Below are positions 12,381 through 24,528 of a stretch of DNA of 64,000 nt, piece by piece. The DNA comes from Octopus sinensis (Eukaryota). Every line of letters starts with the position of its first letter. Position 1 is the first letter of the stretch. The stretch spans positions 22,072,001-22,136,000 of the forward strand of contig NC_042998.1 of assembly GCF_006345805.1 (NCBI RefSeq), written 5' to 3'. Below the pieces are notes generated by a model. The model saw only the letters and a program-made list of their open reading frames with translations, did not search any database and was not told the DNA's origin. The translations under genes were made by a program, and so were the position numbers.

Positions 12381-13101
12381 AACATCTGCCTTCCATGCCG
12401 GCATGGGTTGGACAGTTTGATAGGAGCTTGCTAAAGTACAAGACACTTGCCCAGGGTGCCACACAGTGGGAGTGAACCTGGAACCATGTAGTTGGGGAAA
12501 CAAACTTCTTACTACACAGCCATGGCGGAACCTTCTGTGAATTAGATTCATAAGAGAAAATAGGAGAGAGAAATACGTGGTAAAACTCAATTCTTTTATG
12601 CGCCCCTAATATGTTAAAAGTCTTCCCCAAGCCCATTAATCCTTTCATGATTGTATTTGTAATGAAATACCCTGTCCATGTTTCAATTAATTTTCAAGAT
12701 AAACTAAGAATTTAATAAATTAACTAATTTTTTATTTCTGTTTTTTAAAATTTTTGTTATAAAGCTGGGGTTTTGAATATAATTTAACAAAAGGTTCTTT
12801 TGGAGTATTATAAAGGAAAAGTTTTAATTTAAATATGAATGCTTTTAATCAAGGGATTTTCTCTCATAGAATAAAAGGTGAACTGAGGAGTTTTGTTGTA
12901 ATAAAGGATTAAGGAATAAGAGAATCAATCTGAGAATCGGCACCGAGTTGTATGAGGTCTGATCAAAAAAGGATCAGGTCTGTTGCTATGGTAACAGAGC
13001 TAAAGTACAGAGAGTTAAGACGCTTGGCATAGATTGACCTTGAACTCTGTTATGCATGCATGCTGAGATATTACGTTCTCACTCACTTCTGTTGTTTATA
13101 G

Positions 13102-13287
13102 CAGTGCTCTGCAACCATTATGCAGCGGCACACTGGTGTGCCATGAGACAGTGCTAGGTGTGCCACAGTGTAACCTGGATATAATTTTTTTCCCCTGTAC
13201 TTTTAGTTATATTCTTTTGTTCAGGTGTGTTGCTGAATTTTGAAAAGAATTTGTGTACCGCAAATGCAAAACGGGTGCAGAGCACTA
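13102..13287. mobile_element. hAT (Charlie-like) MITE
   Basis: TIRs CAGTGCTCTGCAACC / GGGTGCAGAGCACTA; exact 8-bp TSD GTTTATAG at 13094-13101 and 13288-13295. Confidence 0.9.
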
Positions 13288-13789
13288 GTTTATAGCACAT
13301 GGTCGACTCATCACACCACAGACGCTCTGTCAGTGACCACCACTGACAAAAGTGAGCAAAGAGTCTGCTTCAAATTTTGCCAAAAGCTTGGTAATATCTG
13401 GGCTGCCAGAAATGTTAGCATTCTGGGTGAAATGCTTAGCAGTGTTTTGTCTGTCTTTACATTCTGAGTTCAAATTCCGCTGAGGTTGACTTTGACTTTC
13501 ATCCTTTCAGGGTTGATAAATTAAGTACCAGTTACATACTGGGGTCAATCTAATTGACTGGCTGTCTCCTCCAAAATTTCGAGCCTTGTGTCTAGAGTAG
13601 AAAAAAAATATCTGTGGCTTTTCCCACTTTTCTTCTTTCTGAAAATGAAATTCCACTTGAAAGGAACAAGATTTCAAAACAAAGAAGAAATCCAAGAGAA
13701 TGCAACAAGGCAGATGCTTGCTATCCCAAAAAAGGAAGTTCCAAGAATGCTTCCATCAATGGAAATGGTGGATAAAGTGTGTGCCTTGC

Positions 13790-14327
13790 CATTACGTTCT
13801 AAATTCAAATTCCGCCGAGGTTGACTTTGCCTTTCATCCTTTTGGAGTTGATTAAATAAGTACCAGTTACGCACTGGGGTTGATATAATCGACTTAATCC
13901 ATTTGTCTGTCCTTGTTTGTCCCCTCTGTGTGTAGCCCCTTGTGGGTAGTAAAGAAATAGGTATTTCATCTGTCTTTATGTTCTGAGTTCAAATTCCGCC
14001 GAGGTCGACTTTGCCTTTCATCCTTTTGGAGTCGATTAAATAAGTACCAGTTACGCACTGGGGTTGATATAATCGACTTAATCCATTTGTCTGTCCTTGT
14101 TTGTCCCCTCTGTGTGTCGCCCCTTGTGGGTAGTAAAGAAATAGGTATTTCATCTGTCTTTATGTTCTGAGTTCAAATTCCGCCGAGGTCGACTTTGCCT
14201 TTCATCCTTTTGGAGTCGATTAAATAAGTACCAGTTACGCACTGGGGTTGATATAATCGACTTAATCCATTTGTCTGTCCTTGTTTGTCCCCTCTGTGTG
14301 TAGCCCCTTGTGGGTAGTAAAGAAATA
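13790..14327 (+). mobile_element. SINE family B, tandem trimer (184-bp period)
   Basis: TTCAAATTCCGCC at 13804, 13988 and 14172. Confidence 0.9.
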
Positions 14328-14419
14328 AAAAAAGGATTACTTTAACTGAGATTAGGTACTGAACTGATACATGTTCTAGTTTACCACAGGTTCTGATGCT
14401 TTTGGAGAGTCCTTTAGAG

Positions 14420-14580
14420 CAGTGCTACTCAAAGTGGTAGCCTGCAGACTGGCGCCGGTCTGTGAACCATCAGCTGCCGGGACACAGCGAGTTTCCTGAA
14501 AAGAAAGAAACAATAGCATAATTTCGGTAACTTTGCATTATGCACTGCAGTGAACAACTTGTCAGCTTATGTAATATTGT
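14420..14580 (+). mobile_element. hAT-Charlie-like element, 5' end only
   Basis: CAGTGCTACTCAAAGTGG terminus preceded by CTTTAGAG; no matching 3' TIR found. Confidence 0.55.
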
Positions 14581-14586
14581 ATTATT

Positions 14587-14995
14587 TACTCTCTTTTCTC
14601 CTTTGCTTGTTTTAGTCATTTGACTGCGGCCATGCTGGAGCACCTCCTTCTAGTTGAGTAAATCAACCCCAAGACTTATTCTTTGTAAGCCTAGTACTTA
14701 TTCTATCAGTCTCTTTTGCTGAACCACTTAGTTACGAGCACGTAAACACACCAGCATTGGTTGTCAAGCAATGGTGGGGGGACAAACACAGACACACAAA
14801 CATATACACACATCCATATATATACATATATACGACAGGCTTCTTCCAGTTTCCGTCTACCAAATCCACTCACAAGGCTTTGGTCAGCCCGAGGCTATAG
14901 TAGATGACACTTGCCCAAGATGCCATGCAGTGGGAATGAACCCGGAACCATGTGGTTGGTAAGCAAGCTACTTACCACACAGCCACTCCTGCGCC
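14587..14995 (-). mobile_element. SINE family A, full length
   Basis: Matches 1236-1646. Confidence 0.9.
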
Positions 14996-15132
14996 GATTT
15001 GTTTACAAAATAAATATAAGGTAAAAAAATTGTCAACTTTTATTATACAGTTCTATATTTAAAAGATGAGGAATTATGTACATTATTGACATTATTTACA
15101 TTTGACAGATATTTGTCATCTTGTTGGTTGTT

Positions 15133-15175
15133 AACACGTTTCAGCTGATGTACCCTCCAGCCTTCATCAGGTGTC
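15133..15175 (-). ncRNA. Hammerhead-like motif lacking the cleavage helix
   Basis: Minus strand GACAC-CTGATGA-AGGCTG-gagggtacat-CAGCT-GAAA-C-GTGTT: stems I and II can pair, stem III and the NUH site are missing. Confidence 0.45.
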
Positions 15176-15479
15176 TTGGGGAAATTTCAAACCTGGGTTC
15201 TCATTTTTTACTGCTAGCAGTGGACTTAAATGGGATAAAACGCTTTGCTCTCCTTGGCAAAGAGCTTTATTCTAAATATTTATTCTCTTGCCTCAACAGA
15301 GCATTCAGACTTGTATGAATTTTCAAGCTTTTCTGAATAATTTCAGTGAACGTAGATGGCCAGAGGGTATTGGGTATGAAAGGTATTGACTACGAAATAT
15401 AAGAACAAACATGAGGATACTAATCGAAATATATGAGTATTATAAAAAAAGAATTTATTTTTATATCTCAGATATTCAT

Positions 15480-15698
15480 AACACACCCACACCCCCACAC
15501 ACACATGTATGTATATCTATGTATATGTATCCCTCTCTCTCTCTCTTTATATATATATATATGATATACACACACATCTATATATTTATGTGTATGTATA
15601 TATATGTGTATACATACACACACACATCTATATATTTATGTGTATGTATATATATATATGTGTATACATACACACACATATCTATCTATCTATCTATC

Positions 15699-15735
<37 letters not shown>

Positions 15736-15768
15736 ATGTATATATATATGTATACATACACACACATC

Positions 15769-15799
<31 letters not shown>

Positions 15800-15920
15800 C
15801 TATATATATATATATGTGTGTGTATGTATATATATGTATATATACATGTATACATACACATACACATCTATATATATATATATACACACATGTACAGATG
15901 TGATTGTGTATATATATATT
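15480..15920. repeat. (TA)n/(CA)n/(TG)n compound microsatellite
   Basis: Direct inspection. Confidence 0.95.
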
Positions 15921-16752
15921 TTGCCAATAAATAAATATTAATGTAATTTTTTTTTTTCATTTGCAAACAATGATATAAACACATCATTAGCATCTCTCTC
16001 TCACCCCCTCTCCCTCCCTCCCTCCCTCTCCCTCCGTCCCTTCCTCTCTCTTTCACCTTTTTTCTCATCATTACCATCTCCTTTTCACCCCATCTCCCTC
16101 CCCCTCTCCCTCCCTCCATCCCTTCCTCTCTCTTTCACCATCTTTCTCTCCTTCTCTCTCACACTCTCAAATCACCACCATTGCCACCAAGGCTGCCACC
16201 ACCGCCAGCACCACATCCTCCTCCACCACCAACTCCGCCACCACCACCACCACCACCATCCTGCAATATAATCAATATCCTCGCCATCGTTGCGAAATCA
16301 TCATCATCATCATCGTCATTATCACCTTGTTATTGTTTGAACACCTCATTTTCAATTATGTTTCCTATGTAGGTACGAATGCATGTATGTAAGTATAACG
16401 ACACACACACACACACACACACACACACTTCCAGGTACACATACTCATACATGATAAAGTAATTATTAATAGTTTCCAGATAATTAGGCTTCACACTATT
16501 CTAGAATACAACCATTTTTATCCCCTTTCTGTAACTTTTTTATTTTTGTTATCACTTTCCATTTATACATATATCTGGTTTTGAAGGAGTATATATATAT
16601 TTATGAATATATATTTGCGATCAGTGAAAAAACATCCATTCTAACGATAAATATTACTTTGCAAGTATTATAAATTAGAAATGTAAAACAGTTGTACCTC
16701 TTGAAATTGATATTCAGCACACATCAATAAATGATATGGTGTGTGTGTATTA

Positions 16753-16823
<71 letters not shown>

Positions 16824-16826
16824 TAT

Positions 16827-16873
<47 letters not shown>

Positions 16874-16995
16874 CCACACACACACACACTTATATATACA
16901 CATACATGCATGCATATATATATACACACACATACATACATATATATGTAATCTATATACACACACGCACATATATATAAACATACATATATATA

Positions 16996-17342
16996 CCTCT
17001 TTACTCTTTTACTTGTTTCAGTCATTTGACTGTGGCCATGCTACAGCAAGACCTTAGTCGAGCAAATCGACCCCAGGACTTATTCTTTGTAAGCCTAGTA
17101 CTTATTCTATCGGTCTCTTTTGCTGAACTGCTAAGTTATGACACAAACATATACACACACATACATACATACATATTTACGACAGGCTTCTTTCAGTTTC
17201 CGTCAACCAAATCCACTCACAAGGCTTTGGTCAGCCCAAGGCTATAGCAGAAGACACTTGCCCAAGGTGCCACGCAGTGGGACTGAAACCGGAACCATGC
17301 GGTTGGTAAGCAAGCTACTTACCACACAGCCACTCCTACGCC
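16996..17342 (-). mobile_element. SINE family A with an internal deletion
   Basis: Matches 1236-1646 but lacks the GGGGACATAAACACACC...GGGGGACAAA segment. Confidence 0.9.
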
Positions 17343-17485
17343 TATAAAGATACATACACATGTACATAAACACACACACACATATATGTATATATATGGA
17401 AACTCCAGGGTGGTAAGCCACTAGTAGATTGGCTTCAATAAACAACTGTCCTCTAGATTACTACCCAAGAAGAGGGAACAATATA

Positions 17486-18008
17486 CGAGGGAAAGTCAGA
17501 AATTATCTGCACTAAGGGATCAGACAAGCCTGATGCACAAAGTGGGAACAGTATTCCCGGCAACCTCCACCGCTGATGACAAGATTCAGCAAGCCTGAGA
17601 GATGGTCATGGCGAACCGGTTCACCATCACCATCTCTTGGATCACTGCTCTTTGTTCTTTGGTGCATGTTGCTAGTGGAGCAGCCATGATTACAATGTAA
17701 AGCCAGAAAGAGAAATAGCTTGATCAGGCTCAAACTTCAATCGCTTGACCACAACAGTACTAACTATAAGCATGCGGGCGCAGAAGGCAGTGTGACAATT
17801 ATAACGATATGTTATATTTCTTTACTACCCACAAGGGGCTACACACAGAGGGGACAAACAAAGACAGAGAAACGGATTAAGTCGATTACATCAACCCCAA
17901 TGTGTAACTGGTACTTAATTTATCAACCCCAAAAGGATGAAAGGCAAAGTCAACCTCGGCGGATATGTTATGGCAGCAAAAGTGTGGGTAATTTTTGACT
18001 GCCCCTCT
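17486..18008. mobile_element. Mariner-type non-autonomous element containing a SINE-B fragment (17815-17965, minus)
   Basis: TA|CGAGGGAAAGTCAGAAATTATCTGCACT ... AGTGTGGGTAATTTTTGACTGCCCCTCT|TA. Confidence 0.75.
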
Positions 18009-19501
18009 TATATACATGTAGCTATGTGGTAAGAAGTTTGCTTCTCAGTTGCATGATTCTAGGTTCAATCCCACTGTGTGTCACCTTGGGCAAGTGTTTT
18101 CTACTATAGACTCAGGCTGATCAAACCCTTGTGAGTGAATTTGGTACTTGAAAACTGAAAGTAGCCTGTTGTACACACACACACAAACAAACATATATAT
18201 ATAATAAATTAATAAATAAAACATATGCATATATACATACATATATGTACGTACCTACCTCTACATGTATATATACACGCATATATGGGTACAGGACTCA
18301 AAAAAAACGTCAAACACAATGAGAAACGAAAACATAAACACAAAACCAAGGAACTGGACATTTTTCTTAAACAACAAAAAAATAGAGTACAGGACAAATA
18401 ACACTAGGAAAATTCCCCTTCTTCAGTCGCCATAGTTTCATCTACCATGCGTTTCGAAGGTATATATATATATATATATATATATGTTTTCTGATATTGA
18501 TTTCCTAAATATTAAAAAATATATATGTATATAATCGCTCATGTTAAATACATAAATACTTTAATGGTATTAATACTTTGATACAATAGAGCACTCAATA
18601 TAAATTCAGTATATAATATTCTCACTGAATATATTTAACTAAAGATTTATATATATATATATATATATAAAGGATGTGTTATAATACTATTCCACTGCCA
18701 AACTAACAATCCAGTAATACTATACGACATATACAAAAACAGCCATGCCAACAATCCAACATACCTCCATCATCAGCTGCCCCACGGATATCATTATGGT
18801 TTCGACACCTGAGCAGTACCATTCAATCCAGCGGCGTCAACAGCACGAAAATAAGTGTTGTTTGGAAACAAACAAACCAAAGAATCCACAACTCCTAAAC
18901 ACATTTACCCTATGTACAACAGTATCGGTAAATAAATTCAATAAGTAAGTTACAACCAACTCCTAAATACGTAACTATAGTGACAACTCTATTAAGTCAT
19001 GCAAAAATTATAATCCTTACCGTCTTCCGTAGTGTAATATGAAAGTAAAATCTTTATAACCACATTATTTTAATCAGTCAAGCAGGATTAAATACTAACT
19101 TTAATAAAACTACAACAAAGAGACATGTAAACCAATGTACATTGTATCGGTATTAATAGTGAACTGCTATAACTAAATTATATACTAAATTGCGACCAAA
19201 CTTCCATACAAATAATAATCCCACCGGTCTTCCATAGATACTACTATAATGAAAGTTAAAGCCGTATAAAGATCGCTGCAAAACAAAACATGATTGAAAA
19301 GAATTTTACTAATATTTTTATGAGTGAAATACATTATTTCATCATTCAAAAGTTAATAATAAAACGCTACATACTCATTAATACATCACAAGCTATAATA
19401 TAAAATTGCCAGTAACTAAACATTAAACATTAAATTTCATTAAATAGGAACTAATAACACACACACACACACATATATGATATTCCAAGTAGATAAATTT
19501 C

Positions 19502-20308
19502 GGATCTTTTCGGTTTGAACGGCAGTTTTTAACATAATTTCTAGGCGCAGGAGTGGCTGTGTGGTAAGTAGCTTGCTAACCAACCACATGGTTCCGGGTT
19601 CAGTCCCACTGCGTGGCATCTTGGGCAAGTGTCCTCTGCTATAGCCCCGGGCCGGCCAATGCCTTGTGAGTGGATTTGGTAGACGGAAACTGAAAGAAGC
19701 CTGTCGTATATATGTATATATGTGTATGTGTTTGTGTGTGTGCGTTTGTCCCACTAGCATTGCTTGACAACCGATGCTGGTGTGTTTACGTCCCCTTAAC
19801 TTAGCGGTTCGGCAAAAGAGACTGATAGAATAAGTACTAGGCTTACAAAGAATAAGTCCCGGGGTCGATTTGCTCGACTAAAGGCGGTGCTCCAGCATGG
19901 CCACAGTCAAATGACTGAAACAAGTAAAAGAGTAACTAAAAAATTTTAAACTTCGTATACTGGTAGAATGTGTTTATAAAACATCTTTTTCTCTTGGCTT
20001 TATTGAGAAAATTCTATGGTTTGTAAGAAATTTGTTGTTTTTTTTTCTTCAATTTCTGCAATTTCAACCAATCAATGACGTCTATTGAGGTGAAAACATT
20101 CTTTGCCGTATGAATATGTCCCTCGTTTAAGAAACAGATTGGGTTTATTTACATTTGTGAAGAAAAAGATACCCTTCCCCCCCAACCCTAACTAACCCTA
20201 ACCCTAAAAGAGATTGAAATGCAATAGATCGATTCTAGGGTCATAATTATGGGTGGCCATTTCATATGACACCGCTAGAAAAAACTGCTGTTCAAACCGA
20301 AAAGATCT
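19502..20308. mobile_element. GGATC-TIR MITE (Merlin-like by inference) interrupted by SINE A
   Basis: 29-bp TIRs GGATCTTTTCGGTTTGAACGGCAGTTTTT; internal sequence is the reverse complement of 40017-40421; no TSD recognisable at this copy. Confidence 0.85.
19544..19932 (+). mobile_element. SINE family A, full length, nested in the GGATC MITE
   Basis: tRNA-like head with TGGCTGTGTGG and GGTTCAGTCCC boxes, CTTGGGCAAGTGTC core and GAAACAAGTAAAAGAG tail. Confidence 0.92.
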
Positions 20309-20325
20309 CCAAGGATGGTTCTTTC

Positions 20326-20847
20326 GGCATTCTTTCGATATAACTCGACAAAATGAAAACAGTTCATTTCGGGTATTTCCGTGGGTTGTGGAGTATAGAT
20401 GTAACGAAATTATGCCAGCAATGTCTCATTTTAAACTTGAAGAAAAAAAAGCCTTGCATATTTGTTCTTACCTGTTTCATGTGTGTATGTAAAATCCGCA
20501 TCATCATCATCATCGTTTAACATCCGTTTTCCATGGTAGCATGGGTCGGACGGTTCGATCGGCGTCTGGGAAGCCAGGAGGCTGCACCAAGCTCCAGTCT
20601 GATCTGGTAGTGTTTCTACAGCTGGGTGCCCTTCCTAACGCCAACCACTCTGTGAGAGTAGTGGGTGCTTTTTATGTGCCACCGGCACAGGTGCCAGGGG
20701 AGGCTGGCAATGGCCACGATCGGTTGGTGCTTTTTACGTGCCACCGGTACGGAAGCCAGTAAAATCAGAATCAAACTGTCATTTGCTTCCACGGAAATAC
20801 CCCAAGCGAAATGCTTTGATTTTGTCGAGTTATAGCGAAAGAATGCC
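20326..20847. mobile_element. GGCAT-TIR MITE with 8-bp TSD, interrupted by a family C element (20500-20760, minus)
   Basis: 59-bp imperfect TIRs 20326-20384 and 20789-20847; TSD GTTCTTTC at 20318-20325 and 20848-20855. Confidence 0.85.
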
Positions 20848-21378
20848 GTTCTTTCTAATGGTGCTGTGTTTGGTAATCTACATTCAGCTCTCATCTGATG
20901 TTCCAGTTTATTACATATGTTTCTATCGCAACAATCACATATTCTTAAGTATTCATATGCAGTAATTTAGGCATTGGTACGATCTCTTCAGAGTAAAGAA
21001 ATGTGACATTGTTTGAAGAGGAATTTTCCTCCTCAATTCGTTTGAATTAGATTTGGTAGCAATAACAAGCTCTGAACATTCTTCAATGAGATATTTGCCT
21101 AAGTCACTGCATAAGAATATGCAACAATTTGCTATTAGTGATACTGAAACACGTGTCGGACTTTTATTCTAATTGGTAATAAACAAAAAGTTTGAATGTT
21201 CTAATTCTTCATTCTGCTCATTTTAATATATATATATATACATAGGACAGACACAGAAGAACCGTAATTATTCATCAGTTATTGACCAAAAAATACTAAT
21301 ATATATATATATCATCCTCATCACCATCATCATCCTTCAATGTTTCTTTTCCATGCTGATATATATATATATATATTA

Positions 21379-21610
21379 GGGTGGTGAGCTGGCAGAAACG
21401 TTAGCATGCCGGGTGAAATGCTTAGCGCTATTTCCTCTGCCGTTACATTCTGAGCTCAAATTCCGCTGAGGTTGGCTTTGCCTTTCATCATTTTGGGGTC
21501 AATTAAATAAGTACCAGTTACACACTGGAGCCAATGTAATTGACTTAATCCCTTTGTCTGTCCTTGTTTGTCCCCTCTTTGTTTAGTCCCCTGTGGGCAA
21601 TAAAGAAATA
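21379..21610 (+). mobile_element. SINE family B monomer
   Basis: GAGCTGGCAGAAACG head, B-box-like CTCAAATTCC, CTTTGCCTTTCATC...GGGGTC...AAGTACCAG domain and AAAGAAATA tail. Confidence 0.88.
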
Positions 21611-22249
21611 GATATGTGTGTGTGTGTGTTTTTGTCTCCCACAACCATTTGACAATTGGCATTAGTATGCTTATGCCCCTGTAACTTAGCGATTTGGCAG
21701 AAGTGACTGATAAAATAAGTACAAGGTTTATAAAATTAGTACTGGTGGTCGAAACTTTTGACTAAAATTGTTTAAGGCAGTGCCCCAGCATGGCCATAAT
21801 TTTATGACTGAAACAACTAAAAGACAAAATATATATATATATGGTGCCATTCTTTTCAACCTTCCATGAAAATATGTCCAGTCAGAGGAAATATTACACA
21901 GAATCAAGTGAGGGTTGAAGACAGGGAAGGCATCCAGCTGTAGAAAATTACGTCAAATAATTTTATCTGACCCATGCAAGCATGGAGAAGTAGGCATTGA
22001 AATGATGCTGATATGTATATATAGGAAGGGCATCCAGCCATAGAAACATTGCCAGATCAGACCGGGCCTGGTGCAGCGTTCTGGCTTCCCAGACCCCAGT
22101 TGAACCGTCCAACCCATGCTAGCATGAAAAGCAGACGCTAAATGATGATGATGATGATGATGTGTGTGTATGTAAATGATACCCATAAATTGTAGTTGTG
22201 GTTGTCACTGGTACCATGTAAAGGGCACCTGTGAATCATAGTCAGGGTC

Positions 22250-22470
22250 ACTGCTGGTGTCATGTAAATGGTACCCATGCTGATGGCACCCGTGCTGGTG
22301 GCATGTGAAAGTACCCATTGCACCTCTGGAGTGGTTGGCATTAGGAAGGGCATCCAGCTGTCGAAACATTGCCAGATCGGATTGGAGCCTGGGGCAGCTC
22401 TCCAGCTTATTAGCTCCAGTTAAACCATCTAACCCATGCCAGCTTGGAGAGTGGACGTTAAATGATGATG
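22250..22470 (+). mobile_element. Family C element (RTE-like 3' end with (GAT)n tail)
   Basis: GGTTGGCATTAGGAAGGGCATCCAGCTG...AACCCATGCCAGC...GACGTTAAATGATGATG; more than 15 full or partial copies in the window. The RTE link is inference. Confidence 0.8.
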
Positions 22471-22474
22471 ATAC

Positions 22475-22513
<39 letters not shown>

Positions 22514-22691
22514 GGTGCATGCGTGGCTGTGAGCAAGAAGTTTGCTTCCCAACCACATTGTTCCGGGTTCTGGGTTCAGTCCCACTGCGTGGCACCTTGG
22601 GTAAGTGTCTTCTATTGTAGCCTCAGGCTGACCAATGACTTGTGAGTGGATTGGTAAACGGAAACTGAAAGAAACCCATCATTTGTGTATA

Positions 22692-22755
<64 letters not shown>

Positions 22756-22829
22756 ACTGTATATGTATATATATGTGTGTATATTTATATATATATATAT
22801 AAATGTATATGTATATATAGTGTGTGTAT

Positions 22830-22865
<36 letters not shown>

Positions 22866-22890
22866 GGGAGGTTTGGAGATGATGTACAGG

Positions 22891-23192
22891 TATATATTAG
22901 AAGAAATGAGGTACTCAGAAGATCGGATGGTTTATATTTACAGATATTTATTTGTATATTACATTTTTTATATATATATATCATATCACTTACATCATTA
23001 GCGCTTTCTCCCATTCTAGTGGGGTTTTCAAATCAAACTTAGTTTGATTTGAAAACCCCACTAGAATGGGAGAAAGCGCTAATACATGATATAAGTGATA
23101 TGATATATATATAAAAAATGTAATTTACAAATAAATATCTGTAAATATAAAACCATCCGATCTTCTGAGTACCTCATTTCTTCTTATATATA
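22891..23192. mobile_element. Palindromic fold-back element of about 300 bp within (TA)n
   Basis: Arms meet at AAACT-T-AGTTT (centre 23040); outer ends AGAAGAAATGAGGTACTCAGAAGATCGGATGG and its reverse complement. Confidence 0.92.
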
Positions 23193-23215
23193 TATAATAT
23201 ATATATATATATGTA

Positions 23216-23253
<38 letters not shown>

Positions 23254-23256
23254 GTG

Positions 23257-23288
<32 letters not shown>

Positions 23289-23301
23289 ATGTGTGTGTGT
23301 G

Positions 23302-23342
<41 letters not shown>

Positions 23343-24105
23343 TGCACATATATATGTGTACATATATATATATACACACACATGCACATATATATGTGTA
23401 CATATATATTAATACATACACACACACATATGCATTAACGTGTAAATTAATATAATAGAGCGTTGGAAATGCATTAGATTAATACTGAAAACAAAGCTAA
23501 ATGCTAAAAATAAGTTAATGGGTATTAATATTCTAGATGTTCCTGTAATAAGCAATAGCTATAACATTATCAGTTTAACACTAAATGAATTAACAAGAGT
23601 GAATAGGAAAGAAGGGAAAATATTAATTACTGCTACAAAAGCCCCACCCAACTCGCAGCACATAAATATTATATTTATCTTTAATACAGAGAGGTTTTGT
23701 GCTGCTTGAATATTAATCCAAAATAACAACGTAGGACTAAAGAAATATCTAACAGAAATAGTTACAAAGCATGAATTAAAAGAACGATGTAGCTTTTTGT
23801 TTCCAGGGAAGCCAATCAATATAAATGAGAGGCTGATGTAAAAGACAATTATGAGAAAAATGGGAGAAAATAAGAAGGAAATGAATTTGGAAAGCAGAAA
23901 ATCAAACTGAAAATGGTTTCACCAAATGTTTGATGATGTGAAGACATTGGCAAGGAAAGCTTCTTCATGAGAAAACCGAATTTGAGAGGAATAGATAAAG
24001 TGGATTAAAACACTTGGCATGGATTTAGAAACTGTGGACTCAAAACTCAAAACTAAGGGTTTTGATCATGACACAAGTCCAAGTCCTTGTCACCAGAAAT
24101 TATGA

Positions 24106-24528
24106 AAGGCAGCGAGCTGGTAGAAACGTTAGCACACCGGGCAAAATACTTAGCAGTATTTCGTCTGTTTTTATGTTCTGAGTTCAAATTCTGCCGAGGT
24201 CGACTTTGGCTTTCATCCTTTCGGGGTCGATAAATTAAGTACTAGTTACGCACTGGGGTCGATATAATTGACTTAATCTATTTGTCAGTCCTTGTTTGTC
24301 CCTTCTATGTTTAGCCTCTTGTGGGTAGTAAAGAAATAGGTATGTCGTCTGTTTTTACATTCTGAGTTCAAATTCCGCCAAGGTCAACTTTGCCTTTCAT
24401 CCTTTCGGGGTCGATAAATTAAGTACCAGTTACGCACTGAGGTCAATGTAATCGACTTAATCCCTTTGTCTGTCCTTGTTTGTCCTCTCTGTATTTAGCC
24501 CCCTGTGGGTAATAAATAAATAAGAAAT
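24106..24528 (+). mobile_element. SINE family B dimer (184-bp period)
   Basis: TTCAAATT at 24183 and 24367; junction AAAGAAATA|GGTAT at 24338. Confidence 0.9.

Larger units (their letters stand above)
12953..14414 (+). pseudogene. Internally deleted mariner transposon, interrupted by a hAT MITE and SINE-B copies
   Basis: TA|TGAGGTCTGATCAAAAAAGGATCAGG 5' TIR. SEQRVCFKFCQKLG at 13351-13392. KMKFHLKGTRFQNKEEIQENATRQMLAIPK followed by frameshifted KFQECFHQWKWWIKCV at about 13630-13790. Degenerate 3' TIR at about 14388-14414. Confidence 0.85.

Noticed and set aside
17602-17700. Short ORF MVMANRFTITISWITALCSLVHVASGAAMITM resembling a signal peptide
   Set aside because: Only 32 codons, inside a mariner-type element, with no splice donor before the stop.
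20190-20212. CCCTAA repeats as an interstitial telomere
   Set aside because: Only 2-3 units and part of the GGATC MITE (also at about 40116); treated as an element feature.
23790-23860. Good-looking acceptor TTTTTGTTTCCAG|GG
   Set aside because: All three downstream frames reach a stop within about 35 nt and no donor is evident.
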